DNA from: Candidatus Latescibacterota bacterium | GTDB taxonomy: Bacteria; Latescibacterota; UBA2968; UBA8231 | DNA: 64,000 bases | Direction: 5' to 3' | Assembly: GCA_965248355.1 (NCBI GenBank) | Contig: OZ252098.1 | Coordinates: forward strand, 32,001 to 96,000 | Shown: one piece after another, positions 63,382-64,000 of the stretch | Layout of the letters: each line of letters begins with the position of its first letter | How positions within the stretch are numbered: the stretch's first letter is position 1 | Translations under genes and position numbers: made by a program | The notes under the pieces: model-generated | The model's database searches: none | What the model was told of the DNA's origin: nothing | Seen by the model: only the letters and a program-made list of their open reading frames with translations

Positions 63382-64000
63382 TCAGGCGGATTCCCGGACG
63401 ACTCGGCAGATGCGGGCCGTGCCGTCCTCGCAATACCACAGGTCGCCGTCGACGATGGTCATGCCGTGGCTCAGGGGCGCGTCGGCGGGCAGCACGAGGA
63501 TCTCCACGCATTCCCCGGTGACGGTGTCGTAGCGGTAGACGCAGTTCAGCGTCGTGTCGTTGCACCAAACCGTGCGCCGGGAGGGATCGGCCCAGGCCAG
63601 CCCGTGGGGCCGGTTGCCGAATACCAGGGGGAACCAGGAACAGCCGGCGATCATGGGCCGGCCGTCGGCGTCGGGCTGCAGGTCGAGGCGGAAGATGGCC
63701 CGGGCCGGGGGCGAGGCCGCCCACAGGTGGCTGCCGTCCCACTCGAGGCCGTGGAAGCCGGTGTGCTGGCCGGCGACCGGCTCCTTGGAGAAGCCGACGA
63801 TGCCGGTGCCCACGCCGCGGTGGTCGACGGAGTAGACCTGGCCTCCGGCCTCGATCACGGTGAGGTCCGGGGCGTGGGTGCCCGACAGGATGGTGACGAG
63901 CTCACCCTGCCAGGGCATGACGGTGACGCCGCTGGGGCCGGTGGAGCCGGCGGCGAACTCGCTCTGCCGGCGTTGGCCGCGCGGATCCTCCACCATGATC
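63382..64000 (-). CDS. Hypothetical beta-propeller-like protein, 5' end may lie outside the window
   Basis: Repeated HGL.W / HGM blades. Confidence 0.6.
   Translation of the reverse strand, partial: IMVEDPRGQRRQSEFAAGSTGPSGVTVMPWQGELVTILSGTHAPDLTVIEAGGQVYSVDHRGVGTGIVGFSKEPVAGQHTGFHGLEWDGSHLWAASPPARAIFRLDLQPDADGRPMIAGCSWFPLVFGNRPHGLAWADPSRRTVWCNDTTLNCVYRYDTVTGECVEILVLPADAPLSHGMTIVDGDLWYCEDGTARICRVVRESA

Overview
High-GC bacterial chromosome segment. Gene content (many PhyH dioxygenases, an internalin-like LRR lipoprotein, NHL fragments) suggests a host-associated Gram-negative such as a Latescibacterota/Gemmatimonadota-like sponge symbiont; this is inference only. The backbone carries an SDR/acyl-CoA ligase/thiolase/DUF35 operon, putative glycoside-hydrolase-like genes, an amidase/nitrilase pair, dapAB, a PurH-like AICAR transformylase with purN, an ADA-like gene and a NadX-like gene. 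It also carries a divergent ABC transporter + TolC + two paralogous hairpin/Ig-domain membrane proteins, a candidate new envelope-spanning export system. A ~24 kb accessory region (12.06-36.14 kb) is built from two nested segments, each bounded by a diverged duplicate of the 3' end of a protein-coding gene. No integrase is present, but there is an IS91/ISCR-like rolling-circle transposase, several oriIS-like ends and relics. Cargo includes glycine-betaine methyltransferases + BCCT, TA systems, a phosphoesterase-HEAT cassette, SPFH, an RND pump and IS256/IS1380 elements. At 52.9-60.0 kb a DUF4365-nuclease/TPR gene (candidate defence gene) is broken by three IS insertions plus a nested fourth IS. 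I saw no tRNA, rRNA or CRISPR array.
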